A stretch of DNA of 43,932 bases from Theionarchaea archaeon (GTDB lineage Archaea > Methanobacteriota_B > Thermococci > Methanofastidiosales > SZ-28-30). Below the pieces are notes generated by a model, which saw only the letters and a program-made list of their open reading frames with translations, had not been told where the DNA came from and made no database searches. This document shows positions 29,325-39,402 of this stretch, in pieces (within the stretch, counting starts at the first letter, position 1; each line of letters starts with the position of its first letter). The stretch spans positions 1 to 43,932 of the forward strand of contig JACVGT010000027.1 in NCBI GenBank assembly GCA_018992685.1, given 5' to 3'. Both the position numbers and the translations under genes were made by a program.

Positions 29325-29792
29325 ATGTCGAACTTGGAGAATGTAACCTACTGTGGGCTGTACTGCGGACTCTGCTCTGCCCGGGGAAGGATTCCACACC
29401 AGGCTCATGCCCTTCAGAAATCCATGGAAGAAGAGGGATACCCTGTGTGGGGAAAGGAGATTCCCGACTTCGAAGCCTTTTGGAGTTTTCTGGGGAGGAT
29501 GTGCGATCCTCAGAAGGTGTGTTCCGGCTGTCGCCAGGGAGGAGGGCCTCCTTTTTGTTCTATACGCATATGCTGCTCGAAGAACGGTCTTGATGTATGT
29601 GTGTCCTGCAAGGAATATCCCTGTCACAGGATTCGTGGACTGGCTAAAGGATATCCCACATTGCTGGCAGATGGTTTGCGTATCAAGGAAATCGGAATCG
29701 AGAAATGGATTGAAGAACAGGAGACCAGGGCCAAGAAAGGGGTTGTATATGCTGATATCCTCTGCCATCCTTACGAAGTCCCCAGGGACTAG
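29325..29792 (+). CDS. Cys-rich DUF3795-like protein
   Basis: CGLYCGLC, CSGCR, CSIRICC, CVSCKEYPC pattern. Confidence 0.8.
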   Translation: MSNLENVTYCGLYCGLCSARGRIPHQAHALQKSMEEEGYPVWGKEIPDFEAFWSFLGRMCDPQKVCSGCRQGGGPPFCSIRICCSKNGLDVCVSCKEYPCHRIRGLAKGYPTLLADGLRIKEIGIEKWIEEQETRAKKGVVYADILCHPYEVPRD

Positions 29793-29878
29793 TAGCTCTT
29801 TAAGACAGAAGAGAGAACTCCAGTGCCAGAGCAGGTGTGAGGAAAGTCTTGCACCCCTGGTTCCGGTGGGATGTTGAG

Positions 29879-31201
29879 ATGACTCAGCACGTCTCATCTC
29901 AGAGCATGCGGACATTTTTCGTTATCTGGATAGGGCAGTTTGTCTCATTGATTGGATCCGGGCTGACTGGCTTTGCCCTGGGTGTATGGATATTCTTGAA
30001 AACAGGGTCTGTCACTCAATTCACCTTGATTGCACTGTCTGCAGCTGTACCAGGCGTTCTGGCTTCCCCCTTTGCAGGCGCTCTGGTTGACCGCTGGGAC
30101 AGACGGTGGGTGATGATACTGAGTGATTGTGGAGCAGGCATCTGTACACTGGCCATTGCTGTATTGCTGTATTCACAGCGCCTTTCAGTGTGGCACATCT
30201 ACCTGACCACTGGGGTGACCTCTGTTCTCAGCACCTTTCAGTGGCCTGCCTACGTTGCTGCTACCACACTGCTGGTCCCAAAGCGACATCTCACCAGGGC
30301 CAGTGGTATGGTACAGACGGGACAGGCAGTATCCCGAATTCTCTCACCCATCATAGCAGGCATACTCATTGTGGTTATTGATATTTGGGGAGTCCTAGTC
30401 ATAGATTTTGCCACCTTTCTTTTTGCCATGACCACGCTCCTCTTGACAAGAATCCCCTCCCCTGTGACAACTTCTGAAGGAGCGGGTGCGAGAGGTTCTC
30501 TGCTCCACGAGGCTGCGTTTGGGTGGAAGTATATCAGGGCCCGTGTGGGCCTTCTGGCTCTGCTTCTTTTCTTTGCAGGAGCAAATTTCTCTTTCGCCTT
30601 TTTTACGGTATTATTCACTCCCATGATATTGAGTTTTGCCTCCCCCGCGATTCTGGGCAGCGTGCAGTCAGTGGGGGGCGTGGGTATGCTGGTGGGCGGA
30701 TTTGCCCTGAGTACATGGGGGGGACCCAGAAAACGTGTATACGGAGTGGTGGGATTTGGGTTTGTCCTGGGGGCTGCAGTCATCATGAGCGGTCTCCGTC
30801 CAGATCCTGTACTCATTGCAGCTGCGCAATTTGCGGGGTTCTTTACGTTGCCCCTTATCAATGGATGTAGCCAGGCTATCTGGCAGGTAAAGACGCCTCC
30901 GGATGTACAGGGTCGCGTATTCTCTGTGCGAGCAATGATTGCCTGGTCGACTACTCCTCTTTCCTATCTCCTGGCAGGCCCCCTGGCAGACCAAGTATTC
31001 GAACCCATGATGGCACCGGGCGGAATTCTCTCAGCCAGTGTTGGACAGGTCATCGGAACTGGTCCAGGCAGAGGCATTGGACTCATGTTCATCATACTGG
31101 GCGCTGTTATGGTGGCAGTCTCATCAGTGAGTATTCTGTACTCACGATTGCGACACGTAGAGGATGAACTCCCTGACATGATTGAAGAAGAAGACGTGTG
31201 A
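29879..31201 (+). CDS. MFS transporter (DHA3/macrolide-efflux-like)
   Basis: IWIGQFVSLIGS, AGALVDRWDRRWVMI, FQWPA, QGRVF; ~12 TM helices; start ATG 29879. Confidence 0.9.
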   Translation: MTQHVSSQSMRTFFVIWIGQFVSLIGSGLTGFALGVWIFLKTGSVTQFTLIALSAAVPGVLASPFAGALVDRWDRRWVMILSDCGAGICTLAIAVLLYSQRLSVWHIYLTTGVTSVLSTFQWPAYVAATTLLVPKRHLTRASGMVQTGQAVSRILSPIIAGILIVVIDIWGVLVIDFATFLFAMTTLLLTRIPSPVTTSEGAGARGSLLHEAAFGWKYIRARVGLLALLLFFAGANFSFAFFTVLFTPMILSFASPAILGSVQSVGGVGMLVGGFALSTWGGPRKRVYGVVGFGFVLGAAVIMSGLRPDPVLIAAAQFAGFFTLPLINGCSQAIWQVKTPPDVQGRVFSVRAMIAWSTTPLSYLLAGPLADQVFEPMMAPGGILSASVGQVIGTGPGRGIGLMFIILGAVMVAVSSVSILYSRLRHVEDELPDMIEEEDV

Positions 31202-31253
31202 CCCAGCAGCGCAATCCAGGGATCTCTGCATATCTCCACCCCTACAGCACGAG

Positions 31254-32546
31254 TTAGATTTCACCTAGAAGCAGTGGTTTTTCCCCAATTCCTGCCTTGA
31301 ATGCAGCGTAGAATTCTTCCATTTCTTCTCTTTTCTTCTCTGCATGTTCCTGTCCCACGATCACTGATTTCTTGGCATCATCGAGTTCATCCAGATCGCT
31401 GGAGGGAGCGTACTGACTGTAGACGGGAGTTCCGGGATAGGGAGTCAGGACGGAAAAGAGTGCGTACGTGGGATTGATCTCTTTGATGAACGCTTTGGTT
31501 AACTCTATGTCGTGTGACGTTTCCACGGGAGCACCAACGATGAAATAAGCATGGGTTGCAACATTCATGTGGTGACACAGAGAGAAAACAGTTCTGCACT
31601 GGGCAAGCGTGAACCCCTTGTTGTACCAATCGATGATTTTCTTACTTCCCGATTCCACTCCAAACGCGATGCAGATGAGGCCTGATGACTTCATGAGTGA
31701 CAGCAGTTCGCTGTTCACTGATTCTACTCGCGCCTGGCATGCCCATTCCAGGTCGATTCTCTCTTTCTTAATTGTCCTGCAGATTTCTCTCACTCTTTTC
31801 CTGTCATGAACGAAAAGATCGTCTACAAACCAGACTCTGTCAAATCCCATTTCCTCTATGATCAGAAGCTCATCTGTCAGGTTCTTTGCAGACCGTGCTC
31901 TAAATTTCCTGCCAAATACTGTCTTTGAACAGAAGGAGCAGTGAAAGGGACATCCTCGTGAAGAGAGGACTGACGTGACTGTTTTTGGATAGGTTGATCT
32001 CCAGTGGTCCAAGTATCGAGCGATGGGTAGCTTTTCTCGTGCAGGGAAGGGCACACCGTCAACATCCGTAATGAGTGGCCGTTCTCCGGGGCACACTGTT
32101 CTCCCCTCCACATACGTGAAACTCCCTGGTACAGGGGGCATCTCTCCTGCTTCTATATGGCGAGCAATGTCAATAAAGGTCTCCTCACCCTCTCCCTGCA
32201 CCACATAGGTACATCTCTTGAGGAACAGTCCCGGATCCATGCTGCTGGGGCCCGGACCTCCAACGACAACCGGTATCCTGCGGTCTTTCATCTTTTCGGC
32301 AAGACTGAGCGCAGATTTTATCTGTCCAAAAGAAGCAGAAATACCCACCATGTCTGCATTGATGGAGGTAACCCTGGCTTCATACTGAGACTCTGTCAGA
32401 ATCGTACTGTCTATGACTTCTACTGTATGTCCCTCTCTTTCCAGCACTGCAGCCAGGTAGAGAATTCCCAGGGGTGGCCACAGCTCAGGATCTCCTCTGA
32501 AGCATCCTCCTACCCGTGAAGGTGGAAAGACCAGTAAAACTCTCAC
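31254..32546 (-). CDS. B12-binding radical SAM enzyme (C)
   Basis: N-terminal cobalamin domain (PPLGILYLAA, VVVGGP, GEGE), SRGCPFHCSFC, FVDD, GVESG, TPYPGT. GTG start after GGTGA. Confidence 0.9.
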   Translation of the reverse strand: MRVLLVFPPSRVGGCFRGDPELWPPLGILYLAAVLEREGHTVEVIDSTILTESQYEARVTSINADMVGISASFGQIKSALSLAEKMKDRRIPVVVGGPGPSSMDPGLFLKRCTYVVQGEGEETFIDIARHIEAGEMPPVPGSFTYVEGRTVCPGERPLITDVDGVPFPAREKLPIARYLDHWRSTYPKTVTSVLSSRGCPFHCSFCSKTVFGRKFRARSAKNLTDELLIIEEMGFDRVWFVDDLFVHDRKRVREICRTIKKERIDLEWACQARVESVNSELLSLMKSSGLICIAFGVESGSKKIIDWYNKGFTLAQCRTVFSLCHHMNVATHAYFIVGAPVETSHDIELTKAFIKEINPTYALFSVLTPYPGTPVYSQYAPSSDLDELDDAKKSVIVGQEHAEKKREEMEEFYAAFKAGIGEKPLLLGEI

Positions 32547-32550
32547 GCGA

Positions 32551-33879
32551 TCACCATTGGTCCTCCAGAGCAAAATCAGGATCGCTCTCTTTCTTGAAAT
32601 CAGTGAACCGGATATATGCTCTTTCAATCATGGCTTCTGCTTCTGCGCTGGAAAAATGTGGATGTTCAAACACCAGGGACATCCTGTTATCAAATGTGTC
32701 AAATCCCTCGGTCACAGTCTCGACTTCATGTGATAATCGGGTTCCTGGAATCGGAATGGGAAGTGAGAACTCCACGCTATCAGGGTCAATAGACATGGCA
32801 AATCGTATCGTATCTTCAACAGTTTCAGGTGTGTCACGGGGAAATCCCAGTATGAAATAGGCGCACCGCTTGATTCCAGCCTTCCTGGTCATTCTGAAAG
32901 CCTTTTTCACTGCCTCTAAATCGTGCCCTTTTCCGATATACCTGAGAATATCAGGGTTTCCAGATTCCACCCCGAACCCAATCCAGGTGCATCCTGCTTT
33001 CCTCATGGCTTCCAGCATGTCTCCGTCAATCGTATCAACGCGGCTCTCACAGTACCATTCCAGGTCGGGATGCTCTTTCCGGAGCTCCGCGCACAGGTCG
33101 AGAACACGCTTTCTATCCAGCGTGAACAAATCATCAGCAAACCACAATTTGTCGATTCCCCTCCCTTCCAGGTATGAAATCTCAGGCATGATATTCTCTA
33201 CTGATCGTGCCCTGTAGAGGGTGCCAAAAACGCTCTTATCACAGAAATTGCATTTATGAGGACATCCTCTTGAGGAAAGCAGTGATGTGCAGGTAAATTG
33301 GAAGTATTCTTTCCAAACAGCCATGTACTTTTCAAAAATGAAGTTATCCCTGTCCGGGAACGGGATTGAGTCAACATCTTCGATAATGGTAGGAGGGCCA
33401 TGGTGTACGCCATGTTCTTTCCAGACCAGGTTTGGGATTGCTGAATCAGCAGGCACGGTACAGTCATCGGATGCCTCCAGACATTCTGCTAGCACGGTGA
33501 TGGCTCTTTCACCTTCTCCTGCCACGAGGAAATCGACATCATCACAGGTTATCAGCTGGGGGTAGCATGATGGCAGTGGGCCACCGATAACCACGGGCAG
33601 CGACTGCTCTTTGAGCGTTCTGCAGGTTTCAAGCAAGGCGGAATAATGCAGGAGAGTAGAATACACTCCTGCCAGATCAAAGTCCCTGCCTTTACAGAAT
33701 GATTTCAAATCCTTCTGGAATGTCCCGTCGAAAACTGAAACAGAATGCCCCTGTTCAGAGAGAGCAGCAGAAATGTACAGAATTCCCAGTGGAGGGAAGG
33801 GAGCTTGCGTTGGGACAGGGTCAAACACCAGAGGTTTCCGCGGAGCATCGAGAGGAGGAACCACAAGGAGGATGTTCAT
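32551..33879 (-). CDS. B12-binding radical SAM enzyme (B)
   Basis: PPLGILYISA, IGGP, GEGE, SRGCPHKCNFC, FADD, GVESG, PIPGT. Confidence 0.9.
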   Translation of the reverse strand: MNILLVVPPLDAPRKPLVFDPVPTQAPFPPLGILYISAALSEQGHSVSVFDGTFQKDLKSFCKGRDFDLAGVYSTLLHYSALLETCRTLKEQSLPVVIGGPLPSCYPQLITCDDVDFLVAGEGERAITVLAECLEASDDCTVPADSAIPNLVWKEHGVHHGPPTIIEDVDSIPFPDRDNFIFEKYMAVWKEYFQFTCTSLLSSRGCPHKCNFCDKSVFGTLYRARSVENIMPEISYLEGRGIDKLWFADDLFTLDRKRVLDLCAELRKEHPDLEWYCESRVDTIDGDMLEAMRKAGCTWIGFGVESGNPDILRYIGKGHDLEAVKKAFRMTRKAGIKRCAYFILGFPRDTPETVEDTIRFAMSIDPDSVEFSLPIPIPGTRLSHEVETVTEGFDTFDNRMSLVFEHPHFSSAEAEAMIERAYIRFTDFKKESDPDFALEDQW

Positions 33880-33883
33880 CTCG

Positions 33884-35191
33884 TCACTTCCGGGGCCGTG
33901 AAAGACATGCAGCACAGAATTCCAGATACAGTTCGTGGAGCCTGTCCTTGGCAATGTGCTCTGTTACCATGATGGGCTTATACCCCTGGTAATCCTCCCA
34001 GTTCTTGTACATGCCCTGGTGGACGCCCACATCTCCATCTTCTATCATTTTTTCAAGTTCAGTCCCTGGAAAGGGAATAGGGAACTTGCCATACGCTATG
34101 AGGTTAAGCCCGAATTCTTTTCTCAAATGTTTGACCAGGTTAATGGACTTTTCAATGTCTCCTTCTGTTTCCCAAGGAAATCCAAGTATGAATCCCACCA
34201 ATATCTGGTCGATACCAGCTGAGAACGCTTTTTCAATAGCTTTTATACCTGCCTGGACTGTAGTCCCCTTTTTCACGTGATCCAGGTTATCCTGTGATCC
34301 TGTTTCCAGTCCATAGTATACTGCGTAGCATCCTGCTCTTTTCAATTCTCTGAGCAAGTCTGTGTCAATGGTATCCACCCGGGTTTCACAATTCCAATCA
34401 ATATCCAGGCCTTCTTCCCGTATCAGTGTGCAGATTTTCAATGCGCGTTTCCTGTTGAGCGTGAAGGTGTCATCCCCGACCAGGATCTTCTTCTCAGGAT
34501 ACAGGTCATGTACGTATCTCAGTTCCTGCACAACGTTTTCTGCAGATCTGAACCGATACTGCCTGAACATCCTGCGGGTGGAACAGAAGATACATTTGTG
34601 GGCACATCCCCTGCTGGTGTTAATTGCCACCATACCGTACTCAGGATAGTTGCCCAAAGGGAAGAGATCATGTGCAGGAAAGGGGAGCGCATCCAAATCA
34701 GAAACAAGGGGGGCATCCTCAGTCCGCACAAGAGACGTATGACGATATGTCAACCCCCTGATTGGGCGGGGATCGTGCTGCTTCTCAAGGCAGTCCAGCA
34801 GCTCAACGATGGTGTGTTCTCCCTCGTTTCTCACCACGTAGTCCACACACTCCTGTGAAGCTGCATCGAAATCTTCAAAAGTGGCATGGATACCACCCAG
34901 GATCGTCGTGACAGTAGGATCACACTGCTTACACGCAGTGAGGGCTCTCAGTGCAGGCCGATATCCCACAGTAGCCACAGAACACCCCACCACGTCAGGC
35001 TTGAATTTCTTCATGACACCTTTCACTGATTCTGGAGTCAACCCCTGAGAGGGCATGTCCAAAACGTCAATGGTATGTCCCGCCTCCCGCAGAACTGCAG
35101 CAATGTAGGCAAGTCCGATCGGGGTGGAATTTAGCCAATCAGAGTCGTGGGAAGAGTAGGGCCGTGGAGGTTGTATGAGAAGAACTCTCAT
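33884..35191 (-). CDS. B12-binding radical SAM enzyme (A)
   Basis: PIGLAYIAA, LGGIHAT, NEGE, SRGCAHKCIFC, GDD, GLETG, PFPGT. Confidence 0.9.
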   Translation of the reverse strand: MRVLLIQPPRPYSSHDSDWLNSTPIGLAYIAAVLREAGHTIDVLDMPSQGLTPESVKGVMKKFKPDVVGCSVATVGYRPALRALTACKQCDPTVTTILGGIHATFEDFDAASQECVDYVVRNEGEHTIVELLDCLEKQHDPRPIRGLTYRHTSLVRTEDAPLVSDLDALPFPAHDLFPLGNYPEYGMVAINTSRGCAHKCIFCSTRRMFRQYRFRSAENVVQELRYVHDLYPEKKILVGDDTFTLNRKRALKICTLIREEGLDIDWNCETRVDTIDTDLLRELKRAGCYAVYYGLETGSQDNLDHVKKGTTVQAGIKAIEKAFSAGIDQILVGFILGFPWETEGDIEKSINLVKHLRKEFGLNLIAYGKFPIPFPGTELEKMIEDGDVGVHQGMYKNWEDYQGYKPIMVTEHIAKDRLHELYLEFCAACLSRPRK

Positions 35192-35204
35192 TGTATCCCT
35201 GTCC

Positions 35205-35450
35205 CTACTCTTCTCCAAGCCCGATAGTTCCAACCTTTTCTACAAATTCCCTTACACTGGTAGTGGCTGCTTCCTTGTCCACATCGAAAATCTTCATCAG
35301 TTCTGCTACAATCTCCTGTTCCGGCTTTTCCAGAAGCTTCCAGACGATTGCACCACTCTTGTTAGTCTTGTAGATCTTACCATCTGCAGGATCAAACACC
35401 AAAACGTTTTCATCCTGATCTCTCCAAACGATATCTGGATTTAGTTTCAT
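35205..35450 (-). CDS. Stand-alone PqqD-family RiPP recognition element (RRE), 81 aa
   Basis: LNPDIVWR..VLVFD...GKIYKTNKSGAIVWKLL..EIVAELMKIFDVD...A..SVREFVEK: the three-strand/three-helix PqqD pattern. First gene of the B12-rSAM operon. Confidence 0.88.
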   Translation of the reverse strand: MKLNPDIVWRDQDENVLVFDPADGKIYKTNKSGAIVWKLLEKPEQEIVAELMKIFDVDKEAATTSVREFVEKVGTIGLGEE

Positions 35451-35499
35451 TTTCGTCACACTCGATAGCAAATTCAGTGGATGGATCTCGCGTAGTTAC

Positions 35500-35520
35500 A
35501 TTTATAAGAAACTTATAAAT
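35500..35520. promoter_or_regulatory. Palindromic double TATA box between the divergent pqqD-like and deacetylase operons
   Basis: ATTTATAAG-AAA-CTTATAAAT perfect inverted repeat in a ~100-bp intergenic gap. Confidence 0.65.
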
Positions 35521-35549
35521 CTTTTGTTAGTGTAGAAGGAGGAGTACCT

Positions 35550-36245
35550 GTGCGTATGATATTTATTTCAGCTCACCCGGACGATGCATTCTTAGGAGCA
35601 GGAGGTGTCATTCTCAAACACAGGGCACTGGAAGATGATATTCTCCTGATCAATGTGACGTCAGCGGAGAAAGGGTTGCCATTTGTGGAAGAGGGCTTTT
35701 TGAGAGCAGTGAGAGAGAAGGAGCAGGACATCTTATGCAGGAACCTCGGCATTGCTGTAGAATTCCTTCATGTACCAGATTTGAAAATACAATATGCGGG
35801 AGAAGAACTGGTGAACCACCTCATCCTGAAAATCCGGCAGTTCACTCCAGATCTGGTGTTCACTCACTACCCTGAAGATATTCATCCAGACCACAGATCA
35901 GTGAGTTCTGTTGTGAAAACAGCATGTCATCTCAGTACATTCCCCAAGGTGTGTCCTGATGCACCCACGCACACGATTTCCAACCTGTTCATGTGGGAAG
36001 AATACAGCACCCGGGACTTCAGACCCATGGTGTATGTTGATATAACCTCAGAATATGAGCAGAAAAAGGAGACGCTCAGAGAATACAAGACGCAATACCC
36101 CATTTTGAGGAATGTGTTTTCTCATGCTGAATTGCAGCCCAGGGTTCGCGGAATTGAGGCCGGATGTGAGTACGCAGAAGCATTTCATTGTCCATGGCCT
36201 GTGACTGCAGGCGATTTGTCTCAATTCAGAAGGAGGCGTACGTGA
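35550..36245 (+). CDS. PIG-L/LmbE-family N-acetylglucosaminyl deacetylase (BshB/MshB-like)
   Basis: SAHPDD, REKE, THYPEDIHPDH, YKTQ, AEAF; RBS GGAGGAG. Confidence 0.9.
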   Translation: MRMIFISAHPDDAFLGAGGVILKHRALEDDILLINVTSAEKGLPFVEEGFLRAVREKEQDILCRNLGIAVEFLHVPDLKIQYAGEELVNHLILKIRQFTPDLVFTHYPEDIHPDHRSVSSVVKTACHLSTFPKVCPDAPTHTISNLFMWEEYSTRDFRPMVYVDITSEYEQKKETLREYKTQYPILRNVFSHAELQPRVRGIEAGCEYAEAFHCPWPVTAGDLSQFRRRRT

Positions 36246-36247
36246 AC

Positions 36248-37534
36248 ATGATTGTGCTGATAAATCCACCTTACGTTTCAGAATGGGGCCCTCGAGTCAA
36301 CATAGGTCTTGGGTATGTGGCAGGAGTCCTGCGGGAGCATGGAATAGAGGTCAAAATCATAGACGCAACAGCAAGAAAGACGTCAGTTGATGACATCGTG
36401 GGTCGTGTTTCTTCTCTTGATCCTGATATTGTGGGAGTGTCAAGTATTGCTGCAACATACCCTGTGTCGCTGGACATTTTGAAAGCAGTGAAGAATCGTC
36501 TCTCTGTATTCACTGTTATGGGGGGATTGATGCCCACGTATCTGGACATGCAGACTGCTGGACTGGAGTATGTGGATGCGGTGGTCAGGGGAGAAGGAGA
36601 ATACACTTTTCTGGAGCTTGTAAGATCATATGCTCAAGGGACGTATACTGCCACCCAGGGCGTTACCTGCAAGAACCATGGAACTGTTGTCAGAAATCCA
36701 GATAGACCACTCATTGAGGATTTAGACACTTTGCCTTTTCCTGCCTATGATTTATTTCCCACAAAAGAGCTCATGCAGCAATCAATTCCCAAGAATGCTG
36801 CAGTCATGTCCACAAGCCGTGGATGTCCCTACAACTGTAAATTCTGTTCAATGAACACATTTTTCAGGAGAAAATGGAGGGGAAGGAGTGCCGTAAATGT
36901 CTTTGAGGAAATGAAAGTCCTGCGCTACGAATATGGGGTTGAAGAGCTGCAGATTGTGGATGAGCTCTTCACGTTTGACATGAAGCGAGCGGAACAGATT
37001 TCAGATTTTCTCATTGAAGACGAGACAGAACTACGGTGGATTTGTGAATCACGGGTAGATAGGCTTTCTGAGAACCTTCTGGAGAAGATGAAGAAAGCTG
37101 GCTGTTATGCTGTGTGCCTTGGGGTGGAGAGTGGTGTTCAGTCCATCTTGGACAGGGTGGGCAAAGGGATTGATCTCCACCAGGTAGAACATGCAGTGCA
37201 AGCGTGCAAGAGAGTAGGCATCAAAGCCATTGGTTCCTTTATCATAGGTCTTCCCTCAGAAACGGAAGGCACGGCAAGGCAGACGCTTGAGTTTATCAAA
37301 CGTCTGGACTTTGATCGAGTTATCATACACAATTTGAATCCATATCCTGGCTCTGAAATATATGAAAATCCGGAAGAATACGGAATTACTATTGTCAATA
37401 AGCAGTTCTCCACATACCATTTTTTTGCTCCTGTCTGCGAGACAGACGGGTTCTCCATAAAGCAGCAGGCACATCTATGGCTGGATATTCTCTGTGATCC
37501 GTTTTTTGTAAAGAGAGGGATTACCATTCCCTAG
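36248..37534 (+). CDS. B12-binding radical SAM enzyme (D)
   Basis: NIGLGYVAG, MGGLMPT, GEGE, SRGCPYNCKFC, GVESG, NPYPGS; ATG after GGAGG. Confidence 0.9.
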   Translation: MIVLINPPYVSEWGPRVNIGLGYVAGVLREHGIEVKIIDATARKTSVDDIVGRVSSLDPDIVGVSSIAATYPVSLDILKAVKNRLSVFTVMGGLMPTYLDMQTAGLEYVDAVVRGEGEYTFLELVRSYAQGTYTATQGVTCKNHGTVVRNPDRPLIEDLDTLPFPAYDLFPTKELMQQSIPKNAAVMSTSRGCPYNCKFCSMNTFFRRKWRGRSAVNVFEEMKVLRYEYGVEELQIVDELFTFDMKRAEQISDFLIEDETELRWICESRVDRLSENLLEKMKKAGCYAVCLGVESGVQSILDRVGKGIDLHQVEHAVQACKRVGIKAIGSFIIGLPSETEGTARQTLEFIKRLDFDRVIIHNLNPYPGSEIYENPEEYGITIVNKQFSTYHFFAPVCETDGFSIKQQAHLWLDILCDPFFVKRGITIP

Positions 37535-37542
37535 GAGATTCC

Positions 37543-38631
37543 ATGAAAGTACTTCTACTGTCACAGTACAGTCCTTTTGTAGGTGGAATTGAAACGAGGA
37601 GTCAGAATATGCTCGAATACATGGAGAATGAGTTTTCAGTGGTCTCCCCCCTGCTTCCCCCTCACAGTAAACATCCCCTGAGAGATTTCAGTCCCGATGT
37701 CCTCTACCTGGACTACAGTAATCGGGGTGAGTTTCTCAAGAATGTCCAGGAGCATATCGACATGAGAGAGGTTGCTGTCATTGATGTGCAATGCAATGTG
37801 TATCTGGGACTCCTGGGGCTCATGCTTTCCCAGGTAACAGGAAAGCCCCTCATTTCCAGCTTTCACATGAACCTGCTTCACCCTGATCATGCAGAAAAGG
37901 CATTCTTCTCAGCTCACCGTGATTTGATAGCCCAGCTCATATACGACAGTGACAGGATCGTCTGCGTATCAGAGAGCGTCAAACAGAGTGTCCTTGACTT
38001 TTCTTCTGCAGCAGAGGCAAAAGAATCTGTGTTGCACGTCGTAAGCAATGGAGTGGATGTGAAGACGTTTCACCCCAGAGAAGATGTGAGTAAACAGGAT
38101 GAAAAAGAGAAGGCGCTTCTCTTTGTGGGGAGATTTAGCAGGGAGAAAAACATTCCATTCCTCCTGAGGCTGTATTCTAAGATCAGAAAGGATACGAGGT
38201 ATGTGCTCTGGCTGGTAGGGGACGGTCCGGAGAGACAATCGGTGGAACAGCTTGCGAGAACTCTGAAAATCGAAGATTCCACCACGTTCTGGGGGAACCT
38301 GTATGGTGAAGAACTGGCCAGAGTGTATGTGGAGGCCTCATTCACGGTGTCTCCCTCGTCTACAGAGGCCTTTGGCATGACCACGCTTGAATCTGTAGCA
38401 TGTGGCACTCCTGTCTTGGCTTCCAACAACCCGGGGACTACAGAGCTCATGCAGCAGCTTGAAGGAGGGGTTCTCTTTCCTTCAGGAGACTTTGAAGGTG
38501 CAGTAGCCGCCTTTAGGAATCTGGTGAGAGATTATGATCACTACCGGACCAAAGGACTCCAAAATGTTCAGAAATTCGCGTGGCCTCGAGTACTCTCCCC
38601 TCTCAAAGACCTTTATGACCTGTACCTGTAG
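37543..38631 (+). CDS. Glycosyltransferase family 4 (GT-B)
   Basis: GGIE, VSNGVD, FVGRFSREKN, VGDGP, EAFGMTTLESVACG. Confidence 0.9.
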   Translation: MKVLLLSQYSPFVGGIETRSQNMLEYMENEFSVVSPLLPPHSKHPLRDFSPDVLYLDYSNRGEFLKNVQEHIDMREVAVIDVQCNVYLGLLGLMLSQVTGKPLISSFHMNLLHPDHAEKAFFSAHRDLIAQLIYDSDRIVCVSESVKQSVLDFSSAAEAKESVLHVVSNGVDVKTFHPREDVSKQDEKEKALLFVGRFSREKNIPFLLRLYSKIRKDTRYVLWLVGDGPERQSVEQLARTLKIEDSTTFWGNLYGEELARVYVEASFTVSPSSTEAFGMTTLESVACGTPVLASNNPGTTELMQQLEGGVLFPSGDFEGAVAAFRNLVRDYDHYRTKGLQNVQKFAWPRVLSPLKDLYDLYL

Positions 38632-38658
38632 CTGTGGACCTGAATGATACCATGAGAA

Positions 38659-39402
38659 TCAGGTGAATACGGGTTTGAGAGTACCAAAAGAGGTTTCCAC
38701 CTCCTCAGGAGTGGTGACCCCGATGACGCAGGAGTCTATCAGGTGTTTATGCTCTCGAAGAAATGGGACCACCCTATCCAGAGTCAGCCATCCCCCTGCC
38801 ATCACCTTCTTGGCAATGACAGGCACGTCCACTGCTGCAAGCGCCTTCAAGGTAGCCTCTAGAGATGGCTTCATCATAAATCCCAGGGGATTGAACCCAC
38901 ACAGGCAGAAGTCCACTCCCGCTGCCTGCAGGGGTTGTGCGGTTTCACCTGGAAAATGGGTGGCAGCGCCTGCGGGTGTGCCCGCGTCCTGGAGCACCTT
39001 CAGAACCTCAGTCATCACATGGAGATTCCCTGACCGAATGAGAGCGTCAGAAATAATCCCGTGCAGGCACACTCTCACATGGGAGAGCTGGTGCAGCACT
39101 GTGAGTTCTTGCTGGATTGCACTGAGGATTTCTGTTGCACTGACGCTTTTCATGAACTCTCCGGTGGGCCTGATGTCAGCTCCTATCACACCGGTGACTA
39201 TGAAGTCATAACACGAGAACAGAGCTCCTAAATCAGGGGTGGTCTGGAGAACCGCCCCACAAACGCCGACAGAATCACACGCATCTAGAATTGCTCTCTT
39301 TTCTGCATCAGAAAGGATAACTTTCTTTTGCGACACGTAGCTATATCCGATAAAGGGATTCGTACCTACGTTGAAGGTGGGTATATGCAGATCAGGACTC
39401 AT
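38659..39402 (-). CDS. Degenerate aldo/keto-reductase-like TIM-barrel protein (paralog 1)
   Basis: GTNPFIGYSY, GAATH, NPLGFMM, VIAKKVMAGG, IGVTTPEEV; clear paralog of 42108-42863; start overlaps the end of the 25-aa peptide gene. Confidence 0.65.
   Translation of the reverse strand: MSPDLHIPTFNVGTNPFIGYSYVSQKKVILSDAEKRAILDACDSVGVCGAVLQTTPDLGALFSCYDFIVTGVIGADIRPTGEFMKSVSATEILSAIQQELTVLHQLSHVRVCLHGIISDALIRSGNLHVMTEVLKVLQDAGTPAGAATHFPGETAQPLQAAGVDFCLCGFNPLGFMMKPSLEATLKALAAVDVPVIAKKVMAGGWLTLDRVVPFLREHKHLIDSCVIGVTTPEEVETSFGTLKPVFT

Noticed and set aside
29229-30861. Long antisense or alternate-frame ORFs (29229-29915, 29353-29877, 30250-30861) and similar shadows elsewhere
   Set aside because: They overlap well-supported genes and carry no motifs of their own.
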